From Lama glama (taxonomy: Eukaryota), in contig CM052816.1 of assembly GCA_028534125.1 (NCBI GenBank), forward strand, positions 40,860,001 through 40,924,000: a stretch of 64,000 nucleotides of DNA. The letters run 5' to 3'. Each line of letters begins with the position of its first letter. Within the stretch, counting starts at the first letter, position 1. Of this stretch, positions 50,796 to 64,000 are shown piece after piece. The translations under genes were made by a program, and so were the position numbers. Below the pieces are notes generated by a model. It was not told the DNA's origin, ran no database searches, and was given only the letters and a program-made list of their open reading frames with translations.

Positions 50796-53344
50796 CAGGC
50801 TGGGTGACATTTTGATTATTTTAATTAAAATGCAATGGGTAATAAAAATGTTGAGAAATCAAGTGATAGAAATTGAGCAAAGGATTTTGAACATCTTATT
50901 ATCACCCCCCACAGTTCACACATTATACTTAAATACACTGATGTTGCTTTCAGCTCTCTCTACAACAGTGGAAAATGTCACATTTCTGTGTGGACATGGA
51001 ACCCACAGCGGCACTTCATCGCTCACATTTGGGGTAGTGATATGGGAACTGGCTATGGAGCTGGCTTGCCAACGGCTACAGCTGAACATTTACTACAAAC
51101 TCTTAAGACTATGTACTTTCAGAAACTGCAACAATCAACTATATCCTTTGTATCATCTTTCTCTAATATAACAGAATATATTGTATGTGGTTGGTGACAA
51201 AATCTACCTGAACAAGGCAAAGTGAAATGCCTTTTAAGTCAAGTGAAATATATTCTTTTCTCTAAAAAGACTATAAGGTTGAATATGTTAGAGTGAGAGG
51301 CAATAAGGTTACTAAAGAATATAAATTATTTATCCTTATCCAGTGCTAGTAGACAAATACCTTACAGAATAAAACTGCAGCTATTTCTGGCAAATTTTCC
51401 TTAGAATAAACACATTAGAAATATCCACTATCTTCATCAGTAGGAAACACCGCCAATGGCAAATGCCAGGAGATTTATGCCCCAAATTGTAGGATGTGTG
51501 AATTTTTCCAGAATCCTTCTTAAAATCACTCAGTTGTCAGAGGCCACTTGAACTCAAAGTAACTTTTAAATCAATGCTCAGCATACCTTCTATGACAGTA
51601 AGTAATATGCACATCCAACAAGAATAAAGCTTAACACCCTTCATAAGCAGGATAATAAAGGCAGTAATTGCTAATAGAACACTTGCAATGACCTAATGTC
51701 GAGCCCATAAACACCTACACATTGACTGTCTCAATCGCTCTTAGATGAATCTCAGAAGGTGGCAGACCATTTTTTAGTGCAAAGTGGCATTCAATTATGG
51801 TCTTCACTTAATTAACTATAGCATTCACAAGGTCAATTTGTTCTCTATACACAAGATATTACATCTTCCTTATTCAAAGGAGACAAAGTAGTGTCCCTGC
51901 CTTTCTGCCATTAGACACTGAAATCAGGTTAGCATCTTGTGTAATGATCCTTGCAGATGAAGATGCATTGTTCAGCTGAATGGGACTATGGAACAATATT
52001 CTAATCACAGAACAATAGACTTTGAAAGCTAGAATATCACTTGAGAGGATTTAATTCAACTCCATAATGTGGGGAAAGAAAGAGATGGCAATTCACCTAC
52101 CACTGAATAGGGAGGCAAAGGCACTGAGATCAGTAAACTCAGATGACAGAACCAACGAAAACAAGAACTTATACATCTTCTGTTGTTGTCACATGCATTC
52201 TACTTGCAACCAAATAAAACAGGTCCTTCCAGGTTTAGGTTTAAGGCAAATTCAAAAATTGTCAAATGTTATAAAAGCACATAAACTCATATAAAACACT
52301 CCAATCTTGCATATGCGCACACACAAAACTCCCAAAGCACTGACAGCTATGAATTATTTCCCTTTCTTCAGAAATACTTCTCAAAGCAGCTGCTCCTATC
52401 TCTTCCTTTCTTGCCTCCCTCTCTAGCATCTCAAAACTCTCTTCCCTGTCTGCTAGACTGTTTCTCTCTCCTCACATCCCTTTCTCAATGGCTATCTCTG
52501 ATCTCAAGTCCTTTCCTTCCTCATGTTTCTATTTTTTTTTCCAGGCACACACTTTTTACCTCCCATTGCACCATTAACTCAACAAATCTAGTTACAGAAA
52601 TAATTTCACTTAGACAGCAGGGGTGTGTGTGTGTGTGGGGGGGATTGGGTAGAAAAGGAGAAAAATAAATATGTGAAAACTCATGGTTTAATACAGATAT
52701 TGGTCTTGTCACGTCTGTATGTATGCGTACATTTTTACCAAAGTTAGGATTGAAAGCTAAGTTCTCACGAGATGGAGAGACTTGAGTCAATGTTTTTCAC
52801 TCAAGCCATTAATTATTTTTACCTCTTCTTTTACAATAGAATTCTTGGTGTCTCAAAATATTATCAAATCCATGCCAGCAGAAGTTTTCTATTTCCAACA
52901 TTCCCAAATCCAAAAACACAAACCCAGGGATCTCAAAAACTATAAAATGACTAAGGAAATGTTTGTGTAACTTACTTATATAGACAACTTGAGTGGGAAT
53001 AAAACCTATCAACAGAGAAGGTCTACCGCCTATTAAGGTGAAACTTTGTCTCTTGTAGATTTAGTTTACTCATTTATAAAATGCAGACAACAATAACTGT
53101 TCTAGCACCTTCAGAAGATTGCAACCAAATGTTACAACATATCTGAAATCACGTGAGAATTGCAAAATTCCAGTCCAATGAAAGGCACCTATTTTGCCCT
53201 TGATCACCTAGCCAGATGGGTATTAAATAGGATTTGTTGGACATCAGAACTTTCCATTGCCTTCCAGGTATCCTCTTATGCATATTTTTGGTATTTGCTC
53301 AAGCACTCTACATGATTATTTAAAGTCGCGAGTAAAGAATTACA

Positions 53345-53545
53345 GGGACAGACTCTAGAACTAGATTACGCTCAAATTCTGGCTTTTGCCACTTACTATC
53401 CCTAGACCTAGGGGATGCCATTTAACCTCTTTATGTCCCTGAATCCACGTGTCTCAAATTAAGATGAAACTAGTCCTTAACTTAAAGTGTCAAAATCTGT
53501 AAAATAATCCCTGGTGGCGCATGGCAAGTGTTACATAAACTACTA
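53345..53545 (+). mobile_element. MIR
   Basis: cagactctagaactagattac...caaattctggcttttgccacttacta...atttaacctctttatgtcc. Confidence 0.65.
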
Positions 53546-55872
53546 GAAAGAAAAAAGAACATTTTCTTCATCAGATAGTCTACGTCATGGAGTCTAGGGA
53601 AAAAAGTCAAAAACCTCTCATTACTGGAAATATTACTGAAGGTGCCAATTTAAACTTCATGTGTTTGCAGATAAGACAATCATTTTCAATATATTCATGA
53701 TGATTTTCTAATATTGGTTATACTTCATTATGTATTATTAGCATTATCATTTACTGAAGGGAAAACAATATATGGGAACAAACAGACTAGTGTTGAAATC
53801 TGTTTCTCTTTAAGCAAGTTATCTGACATCTGTCTTTTTTATTTTTTTGGTATTTGTAAAATAACAGTCACATGATTCTTAGGATTTTTGCGAGGTTTTA
53901 TTTTACATAAAGCTCTTCATGTTGTTCCTGGCAAATGGGTTGTAAGAACTACATCATATTTGTTACCTTTCCCTGTTGATGGGGTGTGTGTATATGTTCT
54001 TTCTCATAATATTCATTACATATCAGGTGCCTAGGGACTTTGGACTCGTAAATTTCAACGGCAGAGCCAATATAAAGACTTGAGAAATCCACACTCTTAA
54101 GAAATGATACTTTAAAGAACTGGTTCATAATCTAAGGCCCTGGACCTCCATGGCAGCCTGAGGTTATTTCTACAAAATGACACGAACACTCAGCCTGGTC
54201 TGCTGATTGCGTCAATAATGCAGCACACACATGAGTTAACACAACATACAAAATCATCTAAAAGATGACTTTTTTTTTGCTATTATACATCGTCTCAGGA
54301 GATAGTAATATTGTATCTCAAGAGGTAATAAAATTGTCTGTTAAAACCAGTCCTCATCCTATAACCCTGGAAACCACTAGTCAAAGGACACTCAAACTAC
54401 AGCATTTTAAAGTTATTTTAAATCCCTGATTCAAAGCAGGGCTCTTATTTTAACTGTCCATCTTCCCCCGCACTCTGGTTATTTTTATAGTTTGCTCTTT
54501 ATGCTCTGATTTTATGGTGTGACTGCTCATGCATATTTGTTCCAGGGTGAGGTTTCTAATATGGGTGGAATGAGGCACTTTCAGAGTTAAAAAGGAACTT
54601 CAAGTCATCTAGTCTAGCCATCCATCAGATCATGAATTATTCCTACTTAAGTCCACATCCACTCTCACAGTGTCTTCAATATAGCGTAGACATTAGCCCT
54701 ATAGCCAAACATTAACTCTGACTCTAAATGGAATTCTTAATTCATCAGCACTTCAAAAATTTCCCATTTGTAACAAAAATCTCAATTAAAGTGTATTTAA
54801 CTGCTAATTTCACAAGATGACTGATTCCCTACCATCTATATTGAGCTAGCTCTTCATCAGGACCCAAGCCACTCTGGTGTATTAAATTAGATGCATAGGG
54901 AGCTCCATGAAGTCTCTCAGAGCACTAGGGCGTTAGTGTCCTAAGTGCAGGAACTGTAGCAGAGTTACACACCAGAGAAAGGCGTGAATAACAGAGAGCT
55001 TGACAAGAAGTAAAATACAGAGAGCCAGAAATAAATGAATTGTATAAAAGTAATCCTTTTTAGTACATGCTAAATACAAAAAGAAACAAATTACTAAATA
55101 CTGCGAGCCACCATTTAAGTGGAGTTCATCAGAAATTTAAATCTATGTAGGCACTCACTTTTTGAAGCATCACATTGAGAGTTGTATGGCCTGCTACAGA
55201 CCTCATATATTGACAGAGAATGTTGTGGTAATAACAGTCATTAAAATAACTGCCTAGTCAGTCTTAAAATGATGGGCATTAAGTTTGTGTTGATTAACCG
55301 TTAACTCCCTTTTTAAGATTTTAGTGATACAAAATGAAAAGTACTGAACTTAAAACTTTCCTTCTTTCTCTTCTTTTCCTCTTTTCCCCCTTAAGAGGCA
55401 TATGCTATTCATGCAGCTTTACAGCTGACATTAACAGAATGCATGATTAAAGCATGCCTTGTACTTACACAGAAGGGAACCTTGTCTAATAATTTTGCAT
55501 ATAAAAATAAGGAATACTGTTTTTCACAAAGCCTTTTTCCTTAACTTTTACATTCTCACTGATGAAACCGGAGTGTATTCTATATAGTCTAGCATCAGTT
55601 TAGGCACCAAGAATGAGTTGAAAAAGATACTCTTTATGATAAAAAAGTGCATAAATTTTAATTTCCTAGTTCCTGTGAAATGAATTGATTTCTAGCTTTT
55701 TAAAATACATAGCATAGCAGTAACTTATTCGAACAGACTATCAGTATCAGAAAGCTCTAGGAGTTACCTGAACTGTAATAATGCTAAGAGGTGTGAATGC
55801 AGGCGTCCGTACAAGCATTTCCTTCTCACAGTTTGTTCAAAGTTCCCACAGAATTTATCATCTGAAATAGCC

Positions 55873-56480
55873 TGTATTACATTTCTATTGCTGTCATAAC
55901 AAATTATCACCTATTTACCAGCCTGAACAAAAAAATTATCCTCTTTCAGTTCTATAGGTCGTAAGTTGTACACACAGATCTCCACAGGTTACAGTCCAGG
56001 TGTCTGTAGGCTGCAGTCATATCTGGATGCTCAGGGGAGGAGCATGATTAAATTGCTTGATTAAATTGATAGCTGAATTCTGTTCCTCAAGATTGCAGGA
56101 GCAAGGTCCCCATTTTCTTGCTGGCTGTTGTCACAGAACCTTTCCCTGAGCCCAGAAGTTGCTGCATCCCTTTGCTCAAGGCACTCTGTTTCCATTTTCA
56201 AACCCAGCAATATCATGTCTCTCTCATGCTTCAAATCTCAGGTCCTTCTTTTTCTGTCTCCTCCTCTATCTTACCAGCCAGGAATGTTTCTTGATTTTAA
56301 GGATTCATGTGATTATATCAGGCTTACTGGATAATTCAGGGTAACTTTCCCATTGCAAAATCTATGCTGTTAATCACATCTGCAAAGTCTCTTTTCCCTG
56401 TATGGTAACATGGGATTCACAGTTTTCAAGGATTTGGCTGTGGACATAAATGGTGGACATTATTCTATATATATACCATG
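55873..56480 (-). mobile_element. MaLR solo LTR, MLT1D/MLT1E-like
   Basis: tgtattacatttctattgctgtcataacaaatta...ttttaaggattcatgtgatta...taatcacatctgcaaagtc. The 5-bp TSD tagcc/tatcc matches at 4/5. Confidence 0.88.
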
Positions 56481-56744
56481 TATCCTATGAGGGTCGGTTG
56501 AAGTTGTTGAATATTCTAGCACCACTAATATTCGAGAAGAAAAATCTAGACTCAAAGACCTTACTCCCAGTTTCTTTGTATGATAATAAAATAGTTACTA
56601 GTAGTTGTGTGATTTAGAAAAAAAAAAATATATATATATAAAGTAAAATGGATATCTGAGGTATTATTATAGAAAACAAACCAAGAGTCAACAATACATA
56701 TTTTGCATATTTCTGGAAAACCTGAAGGCTGTCTTGAGTATTTA

Positions 56745-56960
56745 TACTAGACAGCTATTGATTTTGCCATCAAGCATCTTTTTATCCTCTAGTAACCATG
56801 CTCTGGTTTTCCTCTGGGGACCTAAGTTCTTTCTTCATTCTCAATTCCAGTGCTTCCAAGAGAAGCAGAATCCAGAGATGGAGCGTTTGACTAGGCCTGA
56901 GCAATCAGCATTGTGCGTTCCTTGAGCATCCAACCTTAGTTTATCTCCTAGGGGTTTTAT
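56745..56960 (+). mobile_element. MLT1K/L-like LTR fragment
   Basis: ttttcctctgggga...tgactaggcctgagcaatcagcat. Confidence 0.5.
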
Positions 56961-58039
56961 CTGAACTTTAAAGAACAGATCTTTTCAACAACATATAGAT
57001 TTTTTTCCCCTAACCTCTTAGAAAAAAATGAATGACACCTCAGCTTGTAATATGACACAACATAATAGAGTTGGAGACGTGGGAAGATGGCTTAACACTT
57101 AGAAATGTTTCAGCATAACTGTTCTATAAAAATTTATTTTCACATATTTGCAAAGTCCTGGAACACATGTGCTTTTGGCATAGGGCTCACGGGAACTAAA
57201 ATCATTTTATGTGTACGTGAAATTAAAGTAAGTTTTTAAGTGAACTAAAGCATACTTTTGTTAAACCACAAAAATGTTTAATGAAAATCTGATGGAATGT
57301 CAAAGTGAATGCTCACATATAACAAGCTCAGATATCTAAAAGCATTATCAGTCCCCTAGAACCGCTCTTCCTGATACTAGGCACACTGCCCTCCCATCAC
57401 AAATTAGCAGTGAATAAGAAAGCCTGTGGAAGTGCCTGAGGAGGTATCTTTCTCCAGAGAGGATACGCCCTTTCCTCCACTCACTACATAATCAACACTG
57501 ACTTCAGAACTGCAGTTGGGCTCCTTCTACTTCTGATAAAATTGCTGTTCTTAAGGCTTCACCTCCCAGGGTTTTTAACTTCCTTGGTGTGTTCATCAGT
57601 GCTCTTCCCCCTGGCACCCCTAACTCTCCTTGTCTGCACAGCACAGAGAGCTGCCAGATCCCCACTAACACGGGCAGAGTCTACGTTTTCACAGCCCTCC
57701 CGAGGAAGCTTCAAACACAGGTAAATACCTTCAGGAAAAACCCGGCATGTATTTGATGACTCTCAGGTCCAGCTTGGTCATTCCAATCCAGCAAGATTAT
57801 CAAAACAATAACAGAAACAACAACAACAAAACTACTTGTTTCTATGACTTCAGACTGTGGCCCAGTCTCCTAGGAAAAAGCCAAGACTCTCAGCCTCCTG
57901 ACGGTGTCTGGAATCAGGCATGCCCCTAGCAAAAGTGGCTGCAAATGATCAGCTCGAACTCTGCGGTTCTCTACACTTCAGAATCTTAAATTAGGGATTC
58001 TCATTCCTCTTACTTCAGCAGCATTCTAATATTTTCAGC

Positions 58040-59390
58040 ATAATCTCTTTTAGTGTATTTTGACAGGAACATATTCTCTCATGAGTATTTCCACCCTTCA
58101 CCAAAGTGGACATCTGTAAATACGTATTTTAATTTATGTAAATGACATTGTGCCACTGAACTTTATTTCTTACTACTTTGCCCATATGATGTTTTTTTTT
58201 AAGACTTATTAATGAAGCCTAAGGTGCATGTAGTTTTTTACTTCTGACTGCTGTGTATTAGTTCATATATGCATCCATTTCCTTAGTGAAGGAGAACTTA
58301 AAGTGGCAGGCCTCCTCCCCATGTCTCTTTATGAATCAGTGTTAGACACACTCTGTGTCCAAAGTCCAGGATGGAACTGCTGGTTCATTAACAAGATTTA
58401 TAAACATACAACTTCTTGCATGTTATTTTCTAGGATTATTATTGACTTTCATCCTGCTCTTTATCTGGCCAACTTGCAGCAAGTTTCTATGAGCTGTAAT
58501 CGTTTCTCTGGTACTGTGACTACTCCATGCTCATGCTCACTTCATCCACAGACATTGAAAGGCTATCCCTTTCCTTTCACATCTCAGACTCTTATTTGTC
58601 CTTATTTTATTGATTTGTTAAGTCATGGCGTTCAGTTTTTCACCTATAAACTAGGAGTAATATCAGGTATTCTTTTCATTTTGCCAAACATACCAACATT
58701 TTCCCCAAAAAGTAAAATACTTAATTTTAGTTATAAGTTTAGATAGCCTTTATCAAAATAAGAATTTTCCTTCTATTTCTAACATGATGAGACTTATTTT
58801 TCTTGTAACTACTTTTGACTTTACCATATACCTTTTCTCCACTATTTTTGATAACTATACGATTTTGTTTCTCTTTCAGCCCATTGTTGAGGTAGATTAT
58901 ACAAGTTTTCTGATATTAAATCATCCTCACTTATACTTGATCATGATGTATTATTACTTTCATTACACTGTTGTTTCTAGTTCGAATTTAAGATTTCTAA
59001 AGGAAACAAAACATCGTTCTAAGTGAAGTGGTTCTATAACTGTTATACTACCTTTGTCTGGTTTTAGAAAAGTTATTTTATTCAGAAATTGAAACATTTT
59101 CCTTCTATTTCTATTTTCTGAAAATTACATGTATTGCATAAGGGTTATTTTGAATATTGAAAGTTTGATAGAATGTACCTCAAACCATTTGAATTTGAGG
59201 GAGTTTGGTTAGGGATATTTTTGTTATTAATTCAGTTTCTTCAAGGTTCTTTATTTATTCAAGTTTAACACTTTTCCTTATAACGTAATAGAATCTATTT
59301 GGCTAGATTTTCCTTGGCCGTCTTCCTTTTCAATATATGTATTGAATTTTTCCTTCAAAACCTTTCAACTAAGAGCTAGAAAATATTTTG
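58040..59390 (-). mobile_element. Highly diverged L1ME-type fragments
   Basis: T-rich antisense L1 motifs such as ttttctgatattaaatcatcctcac and ttttgttattaattcagtttcttc. Fragmented. Confidence 0.5.
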
Positions 59391-60129
59391 TACTCTATCT
59401 GCTTGTCCCTAACAGACCTATTTCACAAAGGATCTCCTCGACAAAAACTAGTAAGAATAAGAACCAATTCTTCAATATTTTTGTTTTGTCTTCTTCCCTC
59501 TGATGCCTTAATACTACTCATAAATGAGTTTTTATTTTTCTTTCTCCTGTTATCACTTTTCTTTTCCTTGGCACTTGGTCAGTCTGCTTCTCAAGAAGTG
59601 GGATCCTGAGAATGCAAGAAAAAGCAGCAGTCTCTGCTCGAGAAGGATGGGAGTGACAATCAGAAAATAAATAGTGAAGTCTAATTTCTGGGCTGAGGGA
59701 CAGGAGGGAGCATCTATGTGCCCAGACTCCCAGCCTGCAGGTGGGAACTCTTACCCCGCCTCATTATAATGCTCTCCATTTCCAGCAGATCTGGCACTGA
59801 GCAGAATGAGGCTCTTCAGGATGATTTGGTTTCATCTGTTTGTTTATTTAGGCACTTTGGTTAGTTAGCTGGTTGGTTTTCAATTGAAGAGAGGCAAGAC
59901 AAGTTCTACTAATGGCTGCTTTGACATTGGTTGTCACCAGCATAAAGGAGCAGGGATTCCCAGATTTGGAGAGTTAACTAAATTCAATGGTTACATGACC
60001 CAGAGTCTGCTACTGACCTGCTCTAGCTTATATCCTTACTACAAAGAAGTTGAAAAGAGAGAGAATCAGACATGCTCAAGATGCCACTGTTCTTAAATAT
60101 TTCTAATTTCTGTTTTTTTATTCCTTTCT

Positions 60130-60870
60130 TTACCTTTTAAAATAGTTACTTACAGTCATAAGTACATGCAAAAAACACAAAATAAAATCATAAAAAGATT
60201 ATGAGACAATGAAACATAAATTATGGTTCCACATATGTCCCTGGTTCACCCTCACTATGTGCTATCACTGTTAATAGTTGCTTGTGATTACTCCCAGAGA
60301 CATTCTGTGCAAAGGGGTTCATGCATATATACTTTGAATCATAAGCACTAGCATATTATTGTCAGTTATCTGGCCCTTGCCTTTTTTTCCTACTTACTGC
60401 ATCAGTTGGCCACTCAATGTCTATAAAATTGACCCATTTTTTTTAAACAGTCACGTAGTATGCATCCTATTGCATAAATACCTCATAATGTATTTAACCA
60501 ATCTTTTACTAACAGACATTTAAGTTGCTTCAATCTTATAAATATACAGTAATTATTACTGTACATAACTATTTGTGTGTATGTAAAGTTACATTTCTAT
60601 ATATACTATATATATATATGTATATATATATATATACTATATATACTATAAATTACTAGGAGATTTGAGAGATCAAGTGGTACGTAAATTATAATAGTTA
60701 CAGCCACTTCTACATAAGTATTATGTCAATTTACCTGCCACCAATTAAGTGTGAGAGCACTGCTTTCCTGAAGCGTCTGCAACAAAGGCAGTATCATATA
60801 ATATTTGGAAATTTGCCAACTTGAAAAATAAAAAATGATTTTCTATTCAATTTTCCTAATTCGAGTGAGA
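60130..60870 (-). mobile_element. L1ME-type 3' region with internal (TA)n at about 60598-60650
   Basis: cataatgtatttaaccaatc...gacatttaagttgcttc...caatttacctgccaccaa...tttgccaacttg. Confidence 0.7.
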
Positions 60871-60871
60871 A

Positions 60872-62380
60872 TGTTTTAAACATTTATTAAGGTATAATTT
60901 ACATAGCATAAAACTCACACTTTGGATTTCAAGATACACTGTTCTGTGAGTTTTCACAAAAATGTAAAACATTTCTATTACTCCAAAAAGTTTCTTTGTG
61001 CCACTCTGTAGCCATTCCCCTCCTCCATCTCCAATCCCTGGAAAGCACTGATCTGATTTTGGTCCCTATAATTTTGTCTTTTCCATAAAGCCATATAAAT
61101 TGAACCATGGAATACATAGTATGTTATGTCTGGGGTCTTTCATTTAGCCTGATTTTTTAAGGAATCTATGCTATTGCGTGTATCAGTTGGTTGCTCCTTT
61201 TTTACTGTATGATGCACCACAGTTTTTATTCATTTGATGGACTTTTTTTTTTTTGAGTTTTCGGTGATAAGGAACAAACCTACTAAATGCTTACATAGAA
61301 GTACTGGAATAGATACATCTAATTTCCTTTGGCTAAATATCTAATAGGGCAGTTGCTTGGTTTAATGATAATGTATGTTTAATTTTAGAAGAAAATGTCC
61401 AAATGTTTTTCTAAGTGGCTCCAGCATTTTTCACACTCACTAGCAACGTATGAGAGTTCCAGTGGCTTCTTGTCAGTATCAGCACTTGATGTTGTCAGTT
61501 TTATTTAAGTCATTGTAATTAGCATGTAGTGGTGTATCAGGTGGTTTGAATTTGCATTACACTAATGACAGGTGATACTGTACATCTTTTCATGTGCTTA
61601 TTTACCACATATAGTTCCATTTTCATAAAGCGTTAATTCAGATCTTTTACCCCTTTTCTTTTCATTGTGTTATTTGTTTCTTACTACTGAACTGAGAAGG
61701 CTTTTAAAAAACATTTTGGGGATGCCAATCTTTTATCAGTTATGTGTTTTTCAAATGTTTTCTCCCAGAAGTGGCATGTTTTTAAATTTCTTTAATGTCT
61801 TTCAAAGAATATTTTTAGTATGAATGCAGCCAATGTATTAGTCTTTATTTTAATCTTCATGCTGTTTTGGCATATCAAAGAAAAGAAATATTTGCCTAAC
61901 ACAGTTCAGTGAGATTTCCTCTCCCAGTTTCTCCTGTAAGACTTATAATTTTAGTTCTTACAGTTATGTGTATGTTTGATTTATATATGCATGTGTAACT
62001 TTTCTAGTACTGTATGTTGAAAAGACTATCACCACTCAGTCGAGTTTCCTTGGAACATTTGTGTACCTCAGTTGATCATATACAGATGGATCTGTTTCTG
62101 GACTCTCTTTTATTCCATTCATCTGCATGTTTATCACCCTACCTAAATATCACCCTATCTGTGATAGTTAGTCTGGAAGTAAGTAGTATGAATGCTTTCT
62201 AACAGTTCTCTTTCAAAATTGTGTTGGCTGTTCTAGATCCTTTAATTTTCCATGTACTTTTCAAAATTGAATGGTCCAATTTTAAAATGCATTCTGAAGT
62301 TGTCATTGGAATTGCATTCCTAGATCAGTCATAGAATTTACATTTTTTCACAATCATGAATCTTCCAAGTCCATAAACAT
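60872..62380 (-). mobile_element. L1ME1/L1MB-type 3' UTR and late ORF2
   Basis: tttattaaggtataatttacatagcataaaa...atccctggaaagcactgatctg...tatgagagttccagt...ggatctgtttctggactctc. Confidence 0.85.
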
Positions 62381-63180
62381 GCCTACCCCGAGGGCAGAAG
62401 GTTTCTGCTCCCACCCTTCCCCTGGCAGCAGTGGATGTGAGTCTATATTGTGGGAGTGGGTCTAAGACAGGTTCCTACCCCTCCACCAAAGGCAGAAAGA
62501 GTTTGCCTCTACCTCCAGCAGCAATGGAGTTTTGCATGGGCCTTGCTTTATAAGACGGAAAAGTTTGGGGAAATGAACAGGAATTATTTTCTGTCTCCCA
62601 CCAGCAACCAATCACCTCTGACAGGCCAGCCTGGCTACATAATTTGTGACTCCCAGTACAAATTAAACACGCAGGGCTCCTGGTTCAAAAACTATTAATA
62701 ATTTCAAGATGGTGACAGCAGACCGTTAAACCAGATGTAGAGCTCCTCTAAACGTAAGGCCTATGTGCCTTTATAGGATGCATGCCCACGACCTTGCCTA
62801 CTTGTCTGTGCCACACACACTAAAAGGCTCTCTCAGAAAAAGGCTTACAAGTGAGTGCCAACTTCCCTTGCGACTGGGAACGCTAGACATCCCACACTAA
62901 TATGCCAGCCCTACTTGGCCTTTGAGAATCTGTTAAAATTTTAGCTGATTTCTTCTCAAATGCTTTTATGGTAACCACCTATTTCTCCTTGTGTAGTGTG
63001 AAAGGTAAAGAATTAGTAAGTTCCAATCTTCCTAACAGGGGCTTATTACTCTTAGGAATTCGGTATATGTTGCTGCCTTCTGACTTCAGGAAAACTGATG
63101 ATTTTGTAGATTATCTTACTATTTTTTTTTTTTTTGGTCAGGCTGTCAGTGATGCTCTTCTTGAAGTTTCTACATGCTGT
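62381..63180 (-). mobile_element. Old L1 5' UTR-like sequence, interrupted by MER45A
   Basis: cttggcctttgagaatctgttaaaattttagctgatttcttct and gatgattttgtagattatc resemble antisense L1M/L1ME 5' ends. Confidence 0.55.
62627..62798 (-). mobile_element. MER45A hAT-Tip100 MITE
   Basis: ggctacataatttgtg...ttcaaaaactattaataatttcaagatggtgacagcagaccgttaaacca is reverse MER45A. Confidence 0.85.
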
Positions 63181-64000
63181 GTCATTCCTTATCTCTTTAA
63201 ATGTATGATTATTTGCATTTTTCAATTAGCACACTTTTGAATGTCCTCTGAGCGACACAACTCCTCTTACCATTTAAGACTGTGTGTTTCAGTTCCCTTT
63301 CTCATTCACAGTGGTATCTGTCATTCTGGCGAGGATGGTCATGTCGTTTTCCATTCATTGTTTAAATTCATCTCAGATTTTATTTTTCCTTGTTTAGCAA
63401 AAGGTGAGGAAAATTTGAAGAAAAAACTTATGGCACTGTTTTATCTCAGATTTATCAGTGAATAAATACTGTCCTCAAGCAAATTTTTGAATTACTAGTT
63501 GCTTAGTTACTGCCTTTTAGATTTCCAGGTAAACATATCTCCAAATAATGGTGGCATTAACGTCTTCACTGTAATCTGTTTATCATTTTAACCTGTTTCC
63601 CTTGTTCAACCATATTGCTTAGTGTCTCCAAAACAACTCTGAGTGGTGGTGAGCATGTAAGCTGTGTTACTCTAGGTTCAGTGGAACATCATCTAAGGTT
63701 TTGTTAGGCTGTTAGATAAGTGGGGACACTGGGCAGATAGGTGAAGGAGAGGGAGGAAGGTCCGGTTATGCCTGCCTCCAGGATAAAGGGACTTTACTTC
63801 CTCTAAGTGAGTGCCAGCAAGAAAGCAGTTAGACCCCGACAGCCACAGCTGTGCAGCAGCAGGAAGGACCCAAGCGGACATGACCCAGTGCTCACTGTAA
63901 TATAACTAGCACTGCGGTTCAGGCCGCCCATGGATTTTTCTGTGAACATCATGGGTAAGGACATGTGCAAAGGGGACACACATGATTAAGCACTCCAGGG

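Noticed and set aside
50812..51197. 119-aa and 69-aa overlapping ORFs (also the 147-aa ORF at 58303-58746)
   Set aside because: They have non-ATG starts, no domain or splice support, and lengths within chance range. The 58303 ORF lies in decayed L1.

Overview
AT-rich mammalian non-coding DNA (intronic or intergenic). It is most likely from a camelid, because it carries a camelid-type tRNA-derived SINE at 12.2 kb and camelid-type L1 3' ends at 21.3-22.2 kb and 46.7-47.3 kb. I recognise no protein-coding exon or RNA gene. The supplied ORFs are explained by microsatellites, a T89 run, a 500-N gap, decayed L1/Tigger coding remnants or chance. Much of the window is layered interspersed repeats: L1 of several ages, HAL1, L2, MIR, ERV1/ERVL/MaLR LTRs, and Tigger and hAT DNA transposons. 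Subfamily names are from my recollection of consensus sequences and need RepeatMasker/Dfam confirmation. The most notable structures are a probably false assembly gap flanked by an exact 193-bp duplicate inside a young TSD-flanked L1, an apparent templated insertion copied from 1.6 kb away and then tandemly duplicated, a three-LTR composite splitting an old L1, L1 5'/3'-end fusions, and a few weak cryptic-exon candidates. I found no convincing evidence of a novel biological system.
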